A DNA stretch of 64,000 bases from an uncultured Bifidobacteriaceae bacterium (GTDB lineage Bacteria > Verrucomicrobiota > Verrucomicrobiia > Limisphaerales > UBA11358): NCBI GenBank assembly GCA_964449815.1, contig CAYVGC010000007.1:3948-67947 (forward strand), given 5' to 3'. A program made the position numbers and the translations under genes. Positions 48,809 to 59,450 of this stretch are shown piece by piece (positions within the stretch are counted from its first letter, which is position 1; each line of letters begins with the position of its first letter). The notes below the pieces were generated by a model that saw nothing but the letters and a program-made list of their open reading frames with translations, was not told where the DNA came from and did no database searches.

Positions 48809-50047
48809 TCACCACTTCAATTCCTGCAACCGCCGCGCGACTTCCTCGGCGTTGGCGCGGCTGTTGAACGCGCTGATGCGGATATAACCTTCGCCCTTCG
48901 AGCCAAAACCGCTGCCGGGCGTGATGACGACATTGGCCTCGTTCAAAATCTTGTCGAACGCCTGCCAGCTCGTGATGCCCTTGGGCGTGCGCGCCCAGAT
49001 GTAAGGCGCATTCACGCCGCCGAAAACTTTCAACCCGGCCTTCTTCGCACCTTTGCGCAAAACTTCCGCATTGCCGAGGTAATGCGCGATGAGCGCCTTG
49101 ACCTGTGCCTTGCCGTCGGGCGAATACAGCGCCTCCGCCGCGCGCTGCACGATGTAGCTGACGCCGTTGAATTTCGTCGTCGAACGGCGGTTCCACAGCG
49201 GATGCAGCGGCTTGAACTCGCCGGTCTTCGTCTGCGCGTTAAGCGATTTGGGGACAACCGTGCAGGCGCAGCGCACGCCGGTAAAACCGCCGTTCTTCGA
49301 GCAACTGCGGAACTCGATGGCGCATTCGCGCGCGCCGGGAATTTCGTAAATGGAATGCGGCAGCGCCGGTTCAGTGATATAAGCCTCGTAAGCCGCGTCG
49401 AACAAAATCACGGACTTGTGCTCCAGCGCATATTTCACCCACGTCGCAAGCTGCTCGCGCGTGGCCGCCGCGCCGGTCGGATTGTTCGGCGAGCAGAGAT
49501 AAATCACGTCCACATGTTTCTTTGGCGGTTCGGGAATGAAACCGTTGCCCGGCTTGCACGGCAGATAAACCAGCTTGGCGTAAGCGCCCGCGTCGTTGGC
49601 CTCGCCGGTGTGGCCGGCCATGACATTCGTGTCCACATAAACCGGATACACCGGATCGCTGATGGCGATCTTGTTTTTCGCGCCGAGGATGTCGAGGATG
49701 TTCCCGCAGTCGCACTTCGAGCCGTCGCTGACAAAAATCTCGTCATCGGCCACATCAAGGCCGCGATCCCGAAAATCATTTTGCGCGATGGCGTGGCGCA
49801 GCCAGTCGTAGCCCTGCTCCGGGCCATAGCCGTGAAATGTTTCGCGCACACCCATTTCATTCACGGCCTGATGCATCGCGAAGACAACGGCGACTGGCAA
49901 TGGCTCGGTCACGTCGCCGATGCCGCAGCGGATGAGGCGCTGGGCGGCGGCGGGATTCGCGTCGCAAAACACCTTCACGCGCCGCCCGATTTCGGGAAAC
50001 AGGTAGCCGGCCTTGAGTTTCAAATAATTGTCGTTGAGCAACGCCAT
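48809..50047 (-). CDS. dapL: LL-diaminopimelate aminotransferase
   Basis: [38 protein letters not shown] and TPGSGFG. Confidence 0.96.
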   Translation of the reverse strand: MALLNDNYLKLKAGYLFPEIGRRVKVFCDANPAAAQRLIRCGIGDVTEPLPVAVVFAMHQAVNEMGVRETFHGYGPEQGYDWLRHAIAQNDFRDRGLDVADDEIFVSDGSKCDCGNILDILGAKNKIAISDPVYPVYVDTNVMAGHTGEANDAGAYAKLVYLPCKPGNGFIPEPPKKHVDVIYLCSPNNPTGAAATREQLATWVKYALEHKSVILFDAAYEAYITEPALPHSIYEIPGARECAIEFRSCSKNGGFTGVRCACTVVPKSLNAQTKTGEFKPLHPLWNRRSTTKFNGVSYIVQRAAEALYSPDGKAQVKALIAHYLGNAEVLRKGAKKAGLKVFGGVNAPYIWARTPKGITSWQAFDKILNEANVVITPGSGFGSKGEGYIRISAFNSRANAEEVARRLQELKW

Positions 50048-50270
50048 AAAATCGAAGGTCAAGAGGCTAACGAAATTTGCCGCTTCGCGCAAGAAATGAG
50101 AATTATCGGCGGGGCCGACCGGCGGAAAGAAATTTGGCCGTCGCGGAGCGACGCGATGGGAATTAGCCGGCAACGAAGTGCGCACCGGCCAGATTCCGAG
50201 GTCCCTTCAAGGGCGGATTTCGTTTGGACGGTTGTGTCAATACTTGAAATCCAATCCTGAAGCGCAAGAG

Positions 50271-51380
50271 CTAGAACCCTTGGACACACCGAAAGCCATA
50301 GAAGCCTTTGGCGGCGGTCGGGTAATCTCCGGCGCGACCGGAGCACCGCGCGTTGCCGGGGTAGCCGTTCCAACAGCCGCCACGCAATACCCGGTAAATG
50401 CCCGATGCCGGTCCGAGTGGATCGTTGCCTCCGGCATAGGGCGTCCCATACCAATCCCAACACCACTCAAATACATTCCCTGCCATGTCGTAGAGTCCAT
50501 ATCCGTTTGGCATGAAATATCCCACGGGACTCGTATAGGGATATTCTCCGGTCGCGAAGGATGCGTTGTAGCCATCCGGGCCAAAATCATAGCTGTCAAT
50601 GGCAGTGGCACCGAAATAGTTGGCCTGTTTTTCGGAAATCGTGTCGCCCCATGGAAACCGCTGCCCGTTTAAGCCGCCGCGGGCCGCCTTTTCCCATTCC
50701 GCTTCGGTTGGCAGACGATATCCGCTGCTTTTCCAATTGGCATAGACTGCGGTTCCCTTGTCGCCATTGGTATAAACCTGCTGGAACCCCGCATCCGTAT
50801 AATACACCGGCGTCAATCCCGCCAACTGCGACCGGGCGTTGCACCATTTCAAGGCGTCATACCAATCCACCGTCTGCACCGGATGATCCGCCGCCTTGTC
50901 TGCGCCGGCATTGACAAAATCATATCCGTGATTCATGGCGTAGGAATAAACCGTCTGCCATTGACGGTAGCTCACCAAGTTTACATCCATGTAAAACCCC
51001 GAAACCGTCACGTTCTTGGGCAGGGCGTCGCTCTCGCCATCCAAGGTGTCTCCCATCGAGAACACCCCATCCGGAATCAGCGCCATGCCGGCGGGCGGGT
51101 TGAATGCGGCAATGAGGTTGGTGTTGACGGCTTGAGTGACGGAAAGCCGGACATAATCCACCCAATTGCCTCCCCCTGGCAGCGCGGTGCCGGCCTGGAC
51201 GGTATAGTTCGTGCCCGCCAGCGCGTTGCTCCACACCAGCGTGCCATCCGAACGGAACGCGTCAAGAGTTGTCGCCGAAGGACCGGAAATCCGGAAGAAC
51301 TGCATCCCCTGGGCAGCGGCCTGATTGCTGCCAGCGAACAAACCCAGCACGATGAAATAACAAGCGAATTGAGTTTTCAT
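50271..51380 (-). CDS. Secreted FGE/SUMF1-family (C-type lectin fold) protein
   Basis: Signal peptide, HPVQTVDW, YRLPTEAEWEKAARGG, GLYDMAGNVFEW and RGGCW...GFRC. Confidence 0.9.
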   Translation of the reverse strand: MKTQFACYFIVLGLFAGSNQAAAQGMQFFRISGPSATTLDAFRSDGTLVWSNALAGTNYTVQAGTALPGGGNWVDYVRLSVTQAVNTNLIAAFNPPAGMALIPDGVFSMGDTLDGESDALPKNVTVSGFYMDVNLVSYRQWQTVYSYAMNHGYDFVNAGADKAADHPVQTVDWYDALKWCNARSQLAGLTPVYYTDAGFQQVYTNGDKGTAVYANWKSSGYRLPTEAEWEKAARGGLNGQRFPWGDTISEKQANYFGATAIDSYDFGPDGYNASFATGEYPYTSPVGYFMPNGYGLYDMAGNVFEWCWDWYGTPYAGGNDPLGPASGIYRVLRGGCWNGYPGNARCSGRAGDYPTAAKGFYGFRCVQGF

Positions 51381-51731
51381 AGCTTAAAACGGCGATGGAA
51401 GAACCGAGGGCCAAAACTTCCCCCAGGCGGCACGGTGTCTGCGTCTGGTGCGAGTGATGCTTCCGAATATCGCCACTGCCTTCATGAAAGAATACGAGGA
51501 CTTAAATGGAAGGCGCAGAGGTGTCAATCAATTTCGCCAAACCGACCTGCCTGTTGCCGGAAACAGTCAGCCGTTTCCTTGCGGCGGCCACACCAGCGAA
51601 TATCCCAACGATCCGGCCTGGCGGCGGATCGCGGCTGCGCCAGCTTATCCGCCAGCAAAGCGCGTTCGCCGCCGCATCCTCCTTTTCATGGCGGGCCGGC
51701 TCGCGTATGCTTCTGCAAAATTCTTTTGACC

Positions 51732-53348
51732 ATGCCTGAAGCAACACCGATTCCCGCCCGCCGCTGGCCGCCGCAAATCAAGTTCATCGTCGGCAACGAG
51801 GCGTGCGAACGCTTCAGCTATTACGGCATCCGCAGCATCATGGCCGGCTACATCACCGGCAAAGTGGTCGCAGGCGGACTGGGTTTGGAAAAAGACCGCG
51901 CAACGGAAATCATCCACATGTTCGTCTTCGCGAACTATTTCATGCCGCTGCTTGGCGCGTGGCTCTCCGACAAGGTCATCGGCCGCTACCATACGATTCT
52001 CTGGGTCTCGATGATTTACTGCCTGGGCAACGGCGTGCTGGCGTGCAGCGGCCTGGCCGGCGACGTGCATGGGAAAATGCTCTGCCTCTGCGCGGGCCTG
52101 GCGCTCATTGCGTTCGGTTCCGGCGGCATCAAACCATGCGTGTCGGCGTTCATGGGCGACCAGTTCAAGCCGGAGCAGTCGCATCTGCTGCAAAAAGCCT
52201 ACGGCGCGTTTTACTGGGCGATCAACTTTGGCTCGTTCTTCTCGTTCCTCGTGATCCCGTGGGTCAAGGACGAGTCGGGTTACGCCGTTGCCTTCGGCGT
52301 GCCGGGGGTTTTGATGGCGCTGGCCACGCTGATTTTCTGGACCGGCACCCGGTATTACACCCGCGTGCCGACCAACCGCGAGTTGAAGCACGCAGGATTT
52401 TTCACCGTGTTTTGGAACGCCTACCGCGCCGGCACGGAGTTCAAATTCGCCGCGCTGCTCAACCTCGTGGCGACCATCGGCCTGCCGGTGCTGGCGATGG
52501 GGCTGATGACCGTGCTCGGTTTTTCCAGCAAAACCGGCGTTACCGTGCAATTCCTCGGCTGGACCGCGCTCGGCTGCATCGGCCTCTGGTATCTGCTCGT
52601 CATCGTCTTGAGCGTGCTGCGGAAAACGGAGCTGCCGGAGGCGTTCTGGCGCCAGGCGGCGGGCCGGCATGATGAAAAGGAAATCGCCGGCGCGCGCTCC
52701 TTCACGCCGATTTTGTTCATGTTCGCGTTCGTGCCGATCTTCTGGACGCTGTTTGACCAGACGAATTCAACCTGGGTGTTGCAGGGGCAGCAGATGGTGG
52801 CAGTGAAAATCCTCGGCCTCGACATCGGCGCCGAGCAGATGCAATCCATGAACCCGCTCATTGTGATGCTGCTCGTGCCGCTGTTCACGCTGGGGATTTA
52901 TCCGCGCATCGGGCGGTTCGCCGCGCCGCTCAAGCGCATGTCCACCGGCATGTTTCTGGCCGGTGCGTCGTATCTCGTCGTGGCCGCGCTGCAAAACCGC
53001 ATCGAGCACGGCGCGCAGGTGTGCGTGCTGTGGCAGACGATTCCCTATCTGATCCTGACGGCGGCGGAAGTCTTGTTCTCCACCACCGGCTTGGAATTCG
53101 CCTTCCGCGAGGCCGCGCCGGAAATGAAAAGCACCATCATGAGCTTCTGGCTGCTGACCGTTTCGATGGGCGACCTGTTTGTGGTGACCGTGACCAAGCT
53201 GTTTGCCAGCGCCACCGACCAGGCCGCGTCCGTCAGCACGGGGCGGTTCCTGCAATACGCGGGCATGACCTTCGTGGTGGCCATCATGTTCAGCCTCGTC
53301 GCCGCATTTTACAAATATCGTGACGCGGCGGCGGCGCGGGGCAAATGA
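51732..53348 (+). CDS. POT/PTR family peptide:H+ symporter
   Basis: EACERFSYYG, GSGGIKP, INFGS and EFAFREA.PEMKS. Confidence 0.93.
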   Translation: MPEATPIPARRWPPQIKFIVGNEACERFSYYGIRSIMAGYITGKVVAGGLGLEKDRATEIIHMFVFANYFMPLLGAWLSDKVIGRYHTILWVSMIYCLGNGVLACSGLAGDVHGKMLCLCAGLALIAFGSGGIKPCVSAFMGDQFKPEQSHLLQKAYGAFYWAINFGSFFSFLVIPWVKDESGYAVAFGVPGVLMALATLIFWTGTRYYTRVPTNRELKHAGFFTVFWNAYRAGTEFKFAALLNLVATIGLPVLAMGLMTVLGFSSKTGVTVQFLGWTALGCIGLWYLLVIVLSVLRKTELPEAFWRQAAGRHDEKEIAGARSFTPILFMFAFVPIFWTLFDQTNSTWVLQGQQMVAVKILGLDIGAEQMQSMNPLIVMLLVPLFTLGIYPRIGRFAAPLKRMSTGMFLAGASYLVVAALQNRIEHGAQVCVLWQTIPYLILTAAEVLFSTTGLEFAFREAAPEMKSTIMSFWLLTVSMGDLFVVTVTKLFASATDQAASVSTGRFLQYAGMTFVVAIMFSLVAAFYKYRDAAAARGK

Positions 53349-53393
53349 TTCATCCACCGGCGCACCACGTCTCAAACGCTTTGCGGCATCCGA

Positions 53394-54794
53394 TCACCGC
53401 CCGGCGTAAAACGCATCCACCTTCGCCGCGACATCCTTGTAGCCGATGTCAGATTCGTAAATGATCTTGAACTGCTCCACGGCGTCCTCCTTCTTGCCCA
53501 TGCCCTCGAACACGCAGCCAAGGTTGTAAATGAGGTCTTTCTTCTCATCGTCGAAGGCGGGCTTTTCCTTGATGGCGTTCTGCAGGGTGCGGGCCGCGAG
53601 ATCCCACATCTTGCGCCTGGCGAAACATTGCGCGAGGCCGCTCATCGCGGCGAGGCGCTTGTGCGGGTTGCCCTGCGCCTTCTGAAACTCCGCGATGGCC
53701 TCGCCGATCTTGCCCGCCTGAAAATAGAGCTGGCCCAGTTCATAGCGGAGGGCGAGGTCGGTGGGGTATTTCTCCACGCGCTGCCGGGCCTCGGCAAGCT
53801 GAAAAGCGGTCTTCTCCGCCTCGATGGCGGCGGTCTGCTCCGCGAGGTCGGGCGCAAAGGGATTGATCTGCTTGATCTGAAAATCAAACTTGCGCAGCCG
53901 GGTGTCGGCGATGGCGCGGTCGAGCGTGGAGTCGTTGCCCATGTCGGAGGCCTTGATGCGCTGATACAGTTCCAGCGCCGAATCAAAACGGTTTTTCTGC
54001 GTGTAAAGCTCCGCGAGCGAGCGCAGGAGCTTGAGGTTGCCGGGTTCGTTGGGCAGGCGGGTTTCATATTCGCCGATGAGCCGCTCGGCGGTGTCCTCGG
54101 ATTTCTGCACGCGCTTCTCCTGTTCCAGCGACACGGCCTCCTCCTTGTTCCGCAGGACATCACGGAAGGAGCCTTCGCCGCCGGCGAGCGCGCCGTAGCC
54201 GCCCTCGTCCATCGTCTTGTGCGCGGAAAGATTTTTCTGCGCCTGGATCAAATCCGGATCGTAAGGCGTGGTGCGGATCAGCTCGTCGAGAAATTTTTCG
54301 GCGACCGTGGCGCTGACGCCGGAACCGGCGACGGTGTTCGCAAATTCAACGACGAGATCCTTGTCCTTCGGGGAATGATGCACCAGGGATTCGAGCGACA
54401 GCACCGCCGTCTGCGGCAGTTCCAGCGCCTGCGCCGCGTCCACGATGATGCGGTGCGCGAAAGAATTGTTCGGATCGCTGTTCAAGACCTGCTCGGCGAT
54501 GGCCATGGCCTCGGCGGGATTTTTGTGCAGGGCCATTTTCGCCTTGGCGATCTGCGGCGATGAACCGGCGCTGCTCATCATCTTTTTGAAAAAGCCCGTG
54601 CTGGCGCCCGCGCCTTTTCTGGCCTGCGCGATGCGCAGCGCCTGGCGGGCGTCAAAAAAGCCCGGTTCGCGTTCCAGCACCTGGCAGAACAGCGTCATCG
54701 CATAATCATAATTATCCCGCTGCGCAGCGTCAGCGGCCCGGGTGAACAGCATCCGCAAATCGTGCGGAATCTCATTGACTTGTTTTTCTGGCAT
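53394..54794 (-). CDS. Tetratricopeptide-repeat protein
   Basis: Multiple TPR-like helical repeats, e.g. YELGQLYFQAGKIGEAIAEFQKA. Confidence 0.85.
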   Translation of the reverse strand: MPEKQVNEIPHDLRMLFTRAADAAQRDNYDYAMTLFCQVLEREPGFFDARQALRIAQARKGAGASTGFFKKMMSSAGSSPQIAKAKMALHKNPAEAMAIAEQVLNSDPNNSFAHRIIVDAAQALELPQTAVLSLESLVHHSPKDKDLVVEFANTVAGSGVSATVAEKFLDELIRTTPYDPDLIQAQKNLSAHKTMDEGGYGALAGGEGSFRDVLRNKEEAVSLEQEKRVQKSEDTAERLIGEYETRLPNEPGNLKLLRSLAELYTQKNRFDSALELYQRIKASDMGNDSTLDRAIADTRLRKFDFQIKQINPFAPDLAEQTAAIEAEKTAFQLAEARQRVEKYPTDLALRYELGQLYFQAGKIGEAIAEFQKAQGNPHKRLAAMSGLAQCFARRKMWDLAARTLQNAIKEKPAFDDEKKDLIYNLGCVFEGMGKKEDAVEQFKIIYESDIGYKDVAAKVDAFYAGR

Positions 54795-55007
54795 AACGAA
54801 CAAGAATCGGACATCGTGCCGCGGGTTTCAATAAAACTTTGCAGTGCGGGCGATGGGCGAGGTTGCGGAAAAAAGCGGGCGCGGTCAAATGCGGCGTGGG
54901 CGGGGCAACGCCTTTATCTGGAGCGGGCGGATGTTTTCGTGCTTTGCAACCCCGACATTCGCCGCATTTCCGAGCGAGAACCCAATTTTGTTTCCTTTCG
55001 CCGTCCG

Positions 55008-55045
55008 CCCTCACCCTGCCCCGCTCCCGTCCGACGGGCGAGGGA
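55008..55045. repeat. ccctcacc-type palindromic repeat; related copies at 57885-57960 and 58830-58858
   Basis: ccctcaccctgccccgctcccgtccgacgggcgaggga; ggagaaggtgtccgcaggacgggtgaggg; tcacccc...gggtgaggg. Confidence 0.65.
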
Positions 55046-55187
55046 ACGGCAACAGCCGGCTCTTTCTTTGCCGATGAGGTTCCGGCCAATCCCGCCGCCG
55101 GTTTCCAAAGACGCGGCGCACTTTTCTCCCTCTCCGCCAACGGCAGTTGGAGGACCGGATTGGCGCGTCGCATCAAATAGCTTTTGT

Positions 55188-56114
55188 TCACGGCACGACG
55201 ATCGTCCCCGTCTCGCTCGGCGTGGCCTGGCCGGCGTCGTTGGCGGCGATGATGTAAAGTTTCAGCGTCTTGCCGCTGGGCTGGCCGGTCAGCGTGGCGT
55301 CGCTGTCGCTGACGGTGGCGATGTTGATGGGGATGGCATCCGCGCCGTCAATTTGTTTGAACACGCGGTAGCGCATGGCGCGCGGCGGCGTGTTCCAATG
55401 CAGCACCACAATACCCGCCGGGCCGGCGGTCAGCACCAGGCCATCCACCGAATCGGGCAGATTGGTCGCGCCCGGTTCATTCAGGCCGAAGGCCAGCCAC
55501 AGCGGGTCGGTGTCATCAAGCAGGTGGCCGAGTTCGGCAATCAGGCCGCTCAGGCGGTTGCGCAACGCCTGTTCGGCGGCCTCGCGCAGCACCTTTTTCT
55601 TGCCGGCATCCGTGTTGCCGTCCGCCGCGGCGACGCGGGCGGTGGACAGCGCGGTGAACAGCACGCCCGCCTGCGCAGAGGTGACCACGAGCTTGGGCGT
55701 GTTGACTTCGTAGCCGGGGTTGGCGGCGAAAAAGTTCTTGAGCGACAGCAGCAGCGCCTGGCGCTTGAACTGCGTGACGGGCACGGCGGTGGAATGGTCG
55801 GAAAAGCCGGTGGCAACCCAGGCCTGGCTCCAGGTTTCGCCGAGATTGCTGGCCAGCACGCGGCGGGCGGAACTGATGAAGGCCTTGCCGTTGGAATCGG
55901 CCACGGTCACGGCGGTGCTGAAACCGGTCTTGGCGCTCAAGGCGTCCTGGTAGTTCTCCTGCGCGGTGACAGCGGCGTCCAGGTCGGCGCGCACGTCCGC
56001 TTCCAGGTTTTGCTTGAGGCCGATGGCGGTCTGGTGGTTGTGGCAGCCGTCGGCCACGTCTTCGCCGAGGGTGAAGAGGTCGTTCAAGGGTTTGGGCAGT
56101 TGATTTGAGGCCAT
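55188..56114 (-). CDS. Helical N-domain plus C-terminal FN3-domain protein, no signal peptide
   Basis: Start MASNQLPKPL. C-terminal LHWNTPPRAMRYRVF...LKLYIIAANDAGQATPS is FN3-like. Confidence 0.8.
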   Translation of the reverse strand: MASNQLPKPLNDLFTLGEDVADGCHNHQTAIGLKQNLEADVRADLDAAVTAQENYQDALSAKTGFSTAVTVADSNGKAFISSARRVLASNLGETWSQAWVATGFSDHSTAVPVTQFKRQALLLSLKNFFAANPGYEVNTPKLVVTSAQAGVLFTALSTARVAAADGNTDAGKKKVLREAAEQALRNRLSGLIAELGHLLDDTDPLWLAFGLNEPGATNLPDSVDGLVLTAGPAGIVVLHWNTPPRAMRYRVFKQIDGADAIPINIATVSDSDATLTGQPSGKTLKLYIIAANDAGQATPSETGTIVVP

Positions 56115-56122
56115 AGTTTTTA

Positions 56123-56157
56123 GGAGCTGGGTGTTGGGAGCCAGGAGCCAGGAGCTT
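56123..56157. repeat. Heptamer array just upstream of the FN3 gene start
   Basis: ggagctg ggtgttg ggagcca ggagcca ggagctt. Confidence 0.75.
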
Positions 56158-56228
56158 GGAAAATGAGGGAAAAGCTGCATCCCACAGGAAATGAAGCATT
56201 TGCGAACCTATGCGCGTCCGCCCCGGGC

Positions 56229-56528
56229 AAAACGACGGTCGGTTTGGCAGGCGCGGGCGTGCGGCAGGCGGGAAAAGCGCTTTTATGGGCTGGGGCGGAC
56301 CCGCCCTGGCCGCGACGACCGTCGTTTTGGGCGGCGCGAGCCGGCGGCGGGCGATAAAAGCGCTTTTGCCGGCCGGGGCGGAACTTCCCCGGTTAAAACG
56401 ACGGTCGTTTTGGCAGGCGCGGGCCTGCGGCGGGTGAAAAAAGCGCTTTTGCCGGCTCGGCGCGGCCCCGCCGGGGTGAAACGACCGTCGTGATGGGGTG
56501 GGGCGGACCGGCCTGGGGTATAAACGTT
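56229..56528. repeat. Array of two alternating palindromes with 83-bp period
   Basis: Core acgac(c/g)gtcg starts at 56232, 56315, 56398 and 56481; aaaagcgctttt starts at 56273, 56356 and 56439. Confidence 0.9.
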
Positions 56529-56696
56529 GCGGCTGCGGTGGCACTTTTGCGCAGCTACGGCGAAACCATTGAACGTTTGACAACTTTCGCATGGCTTGCG
56601 GGTTCAATTAGCCGATAAAGGCTGAAGGCTGTCAATTTAATAGCCCCAAATACCAATCGGCACCCAGAGAATCACAAGAAAGGGTGAGGCTCCGGC

Positions 56697-57779
56697 CTAG
56701 CCGCACTGCGCGCGCTGGCGCAGCGCGTGATCCACGAGGACGAGCGCGGTCATCGCCTCGACCATCGGCACGGCGCGCGGCAGCACGCACGGGTCGTGCC
56801 GGCCCCGGCCCTTGAGCGTGGCGTTGTGCAAAGCCTCGTCCACCGTGTCCTGCTCGTGCATGACGGTGGCGACGGGCTTGAACGCGGTGCGGAAGAAAAT
56901 GGTTTCGCCGTTGGAGATGCCGCCCTGGATGCCGCCGGAACGGTTGGTGGTGGTGAAAACTTTCCCGCCCTTGGCGCGGAAGGCGTCGTTGTGCTCGCGG
57001 CCCGTCAGCAAAATCCCCGCGAACCCGTCGCCGCTCTCAAAACCTTTGCACGCGGGCAGGCTCAACATCGCCTTGGCCAGATCGGCTTCCAGCTTGTCGA
57101 ACACCGGTTCGCCCCAGCCGGCGGGCACGCCGCGCGCAACGCCTTCCACGATGCCGCCGACGGTGTTGCCGTAGGTGCGCATCTTTTCGATGAGCCGGAT
57201 CATCTTTGCCGCGGCCTTCGCGTCGGGGCAGCGGACGATGCTGGCTTCCACGTCCTTGAATTTCACCTTTTCAGGATCAACCGCGCCGATGATTTTCTGC
57301 ACCTGCTTGACGTAGGCGAGAATTTCCACGCCGAATTTCTCGCGGAGAATTTTTTTTGCAATCGCGCCGGCGGCGACGCGGCCAATGGTCTCGCGGGCGC
57401 TGGCGCGTCCCCCGCCCTGCCAGGCGCGGATGCCGTATTTGGCGAAGTAGGTGTAGTCGGCGTGCGAGGGACGGAACTTGTCCTTCATCTCGTTGTAGGC
57501 CTCGGAGCGCGCGTCCTCGTTTTTCACCCAGAGGCAGATTGGCGTGCCGAGCGTGAGGCCGGTGGTGGAGATGCCGGACAAGATTTGGACCGTGTCGGAC
57601 TCCTGGCGCGGGGTGACGATTTTGGACTGGCCGGGCCGGCGGCGGTCCAAGTCCGGCTGGAGGTCCGCCTCGGAAAGCCGCAGCCGCGGCGGGCAGCCGT
57701 CCACCACCACGCCCACGCCGCCGCCGTGCGATTCGCCCCACGTCGAGATGCGGAACAATTGTCCAAAACAGCTTGCCAT
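56697..57779 (-). CDS. aroC: Chorismate synthase
   Basis: [40 protein letters not shown] and GRHDPC. Confidence 0.97.
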   Translation of the reverse strand: MASCFGQLFRISTWGESHGGGVGVVVDGCPPRLRLSEADLQPDLDRRRPGQSKIVTPRQESDTVQILSGISTTGLTLGTPICLWVKNEDARSEAYNEMKDKFRPSHADYTYFAKYGIRAWQGGGRASARETIGRVAAGAIAKKILREKFGVEILAYVKQVQKIIGAVDPEKVKFKDVEASIVRCPDAKAAAKMIRLIEKMRTYGNTVGGIVEGVARGVPAGWGEPVFDKLEADLAKAMLSLPACKGFESGDGFAGILLTGREHNDAFRAKGGKVFTTTNRSGGIQGGISNGETIFFRTAFKPVATVMHEQDTVDEALHNATLKGRGRHDPCVLPRAVPMVEAMTALVLVDHALRQRAQCG

Positions 57780-58136
57780 GGGGCGAGTGTGCGAAAAATC
57801 TGGCACCCGGTCAAATGCGGTCTCTTCCCGCCCAGGCCGGTTCGCAGGCGTGAAGCGGCGCGGTTGTCAGACCAGATGAAATCGTCACCCCGCCCGGCCG
57901 CGCCACTTGCATGACCCCCGGCCGGCGGATGACAAAGGGTGGCCGCCGGCCGGGTGAGGGCAAAACTTCCAAGCAGCCTTGACGCGCGCCGATAAAAGCG
58001 TAGGTTCACTGGCAATGAACCCGACGCTGAAAGTGATTCTTTCCGAACCGCGCGGCGTCAAAGAGCAAACCCCGTCAATTAAAAGATCATCATCGGCCCG
58101 GTTTCAACTGAACACACCTGGAAGGAGAACACAAAT

Positions 58137-58778
58137 ATGAAACGCAAACTCGCAATGTTTTTGACCTTGGTGCTGGCCACCTTTTTCGCGGCGCACGCCT
58201 TCGCCGGAATTCAATTTGTGGTGAAAATCGCGCCACCGCCCATTGTCGTCTTCGATCAGCCGGCCTGTCCTGGCGACGGTTATATTTGGACGCCTGGCTA
58301 CTATCAATATGGTGATTATGGCTACTACTGGGTGCCGGGGCAATGGGTGCTCCCGCCCAGCGTGGGACTCCTCTGGACGCCCGGCTATTGGGGCTTCGTG
58401 GGCGGCAGATACGCCTGGCACGAAGGGTTCTGGGGCCCGAAAGTCGGTTTCTACGGCGGCATCAATTATGGCAACGGCTACTTCGGCGCCGGTTTCACCG
58501 GCGGACATTGGGAGGGGACCGTGTTCCGGCATAACACGGCCGTCTCGAACGTGGACCGCAGCAAGGTGCATAATACTTATGTGGACCGCTCGGTGGTTCA
58601 AGAAATCAAGGGTCCCAATCACGCGTTCAATGGCAAGGGCGGAAGCAAGGCACAACCATCGGGTGGCGAACTGGAGACAGGCCGTTCTCCGCATCAAGGC
58701 CCGACGCCGGTGCAAGTTTCACATGCGCAGGAGGCGCACAACAACCATCTCGCGGCTCATGGAAACCCGCGCGAGTAG
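58137..58778 (+). CDS. Secreted YXWGXW-repeat protein
   Basis: Signal peptide, APPP, repeated YIWTPGYY / YYWVPGQW / LLWTPGYW / YAWHEGFW. Confidence 0.9.
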   Translation: MKRKLAMFLTLVLATFFAAHAFAGIQFVVKIAPPPIVVFDQPACPGDGYIWTPGYYQYGDYGYYWVPGQWVLPPSVGLLWTPGYWGFVGGRYAWHEGFWGPKVGFYGGINYGNGYFGAGFTGGHWEGTVFRHNTAVSNVDRSKVHNTYVDRSVVQEIKGPNHAFNGKGGSKAQPSGGELETGRSPHQGPTPVQVSHAQEAHNNHLAAHGNPRE

Positions 58779-58908
58779 CCAGTCCGACGGCTGAAACCGT
58801 TTTAATCCGCCGCCCTTCGCCCAATGATCGGAGAAGGTGTCCGCAGGACGGGTGAGGGAATGGTTGATATACGCCCATTCTCTGATTCCAGTTTTCAGCT
58901 TTTGTTTT

Positions 58909-58938
58909 TGTTCCGCACCTGAATGTTCCGCACCTGAA
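58909..58938. repeat. 15-bp direct tandem repeat x2
   Basis: tgttccgcacctgaa tgttccgcacctgaa. Confidence 0.7.
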
Positions 58939-58994
58939 AACTTTTCAAGTGCCATGGCTACCATGCAGCGGAATCAATTTTCCCGGCTCATTCG

Positions 58995-59450
58995 TCATTT
59001 TCTGGAACGACCATGCAATGCCTTGTGAATCCGGCGCAGCAGGCGTTTTTCATTGTTCCGTGAAAGCTCGTGTTCCCAAATCCGCAGCACCTGCCAATTG
59101 GCCCGGCGCAAGACGCGGTTCACCAGCCGGTCACGGGCGAGATTGCGGGCGAATTTGCGTTTCCAGAACGCGCGGTTGCCGGCGGGCTGCGTGCCGTGTT
59201 TAGGACAGCCGTGCCAGAAACAGCCGTCCACGAAGATTGCCGTGCGCGATTTGTGGAAAACAAAATCCGGCCTCACTTTGAATTTCCGCTTTTCGCCTTC
59301 CACTTCCCGAATTTCAAAATGCCTCCTCCATCCGGTGATTTTGTTCCGACGCAGCAATTTCACCAGCGCGATTTCCGTGGCCTGGTTCCCGCGCGAGCGG
59401 ATGCGCGACATCACCTCCGAACGCTTTGCCTTGGTGAAAACGTCTGACAT
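58995..59450 (-). CDS. vsr: Very-short-patch-repair (Vsr-like) endonuclease
   Basis: SDVFT..KRSEVMSRIR, PDFVF, IFVDGCFWHGCP and RIWEHE. Confidence 0.92.
   Translation of the reverse strand: MSDVFTKAKRSEVMSRIRSRGNQATEIALVKLLRRNKITGWRRHFEIREVEGEKRKFKVRPDFVFHKSRTAIFVDGCFWHGCPKHGTQPAGNRAFWKRKFARNLARDRLVNRVLRRANWQVLRIWEHELSRNNEKRLLRRIHKALHGRSRK
59279..59320. repeat. Degenerate heptamer array inside vsr
   Basis: tgaattt ccgcttt tcgcctt ccacttc ccgaatt tcaaaat, translated as FEIREVEGEKRKFK. Confidence 0.55.

Noticed and set aside
50048-50270. Lysine riboswitch upstream of dapL, or a DGR hairpin downstream of the FGE gene
   Set aside because: No recognisable L-box motifs; the only hairpin (ccct-tga-aggg) has a 4-bp stem.
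50883-51731. N-terminal 283 aa of the 821-aa ORF
   Set aside because: Antisense to the FGE gene and intergenic DNA. The transporter motif begins just after MPEATP at 51732.
56229-56528. CRISPR array interpretation of the 83-bp phased repeats
   Set aside because: Conserved cores are only 11-17 bp and alternate between two types, spacers are related to each other rather than unique, and there are no cas genes. Kept as a non-CRISPR finding.
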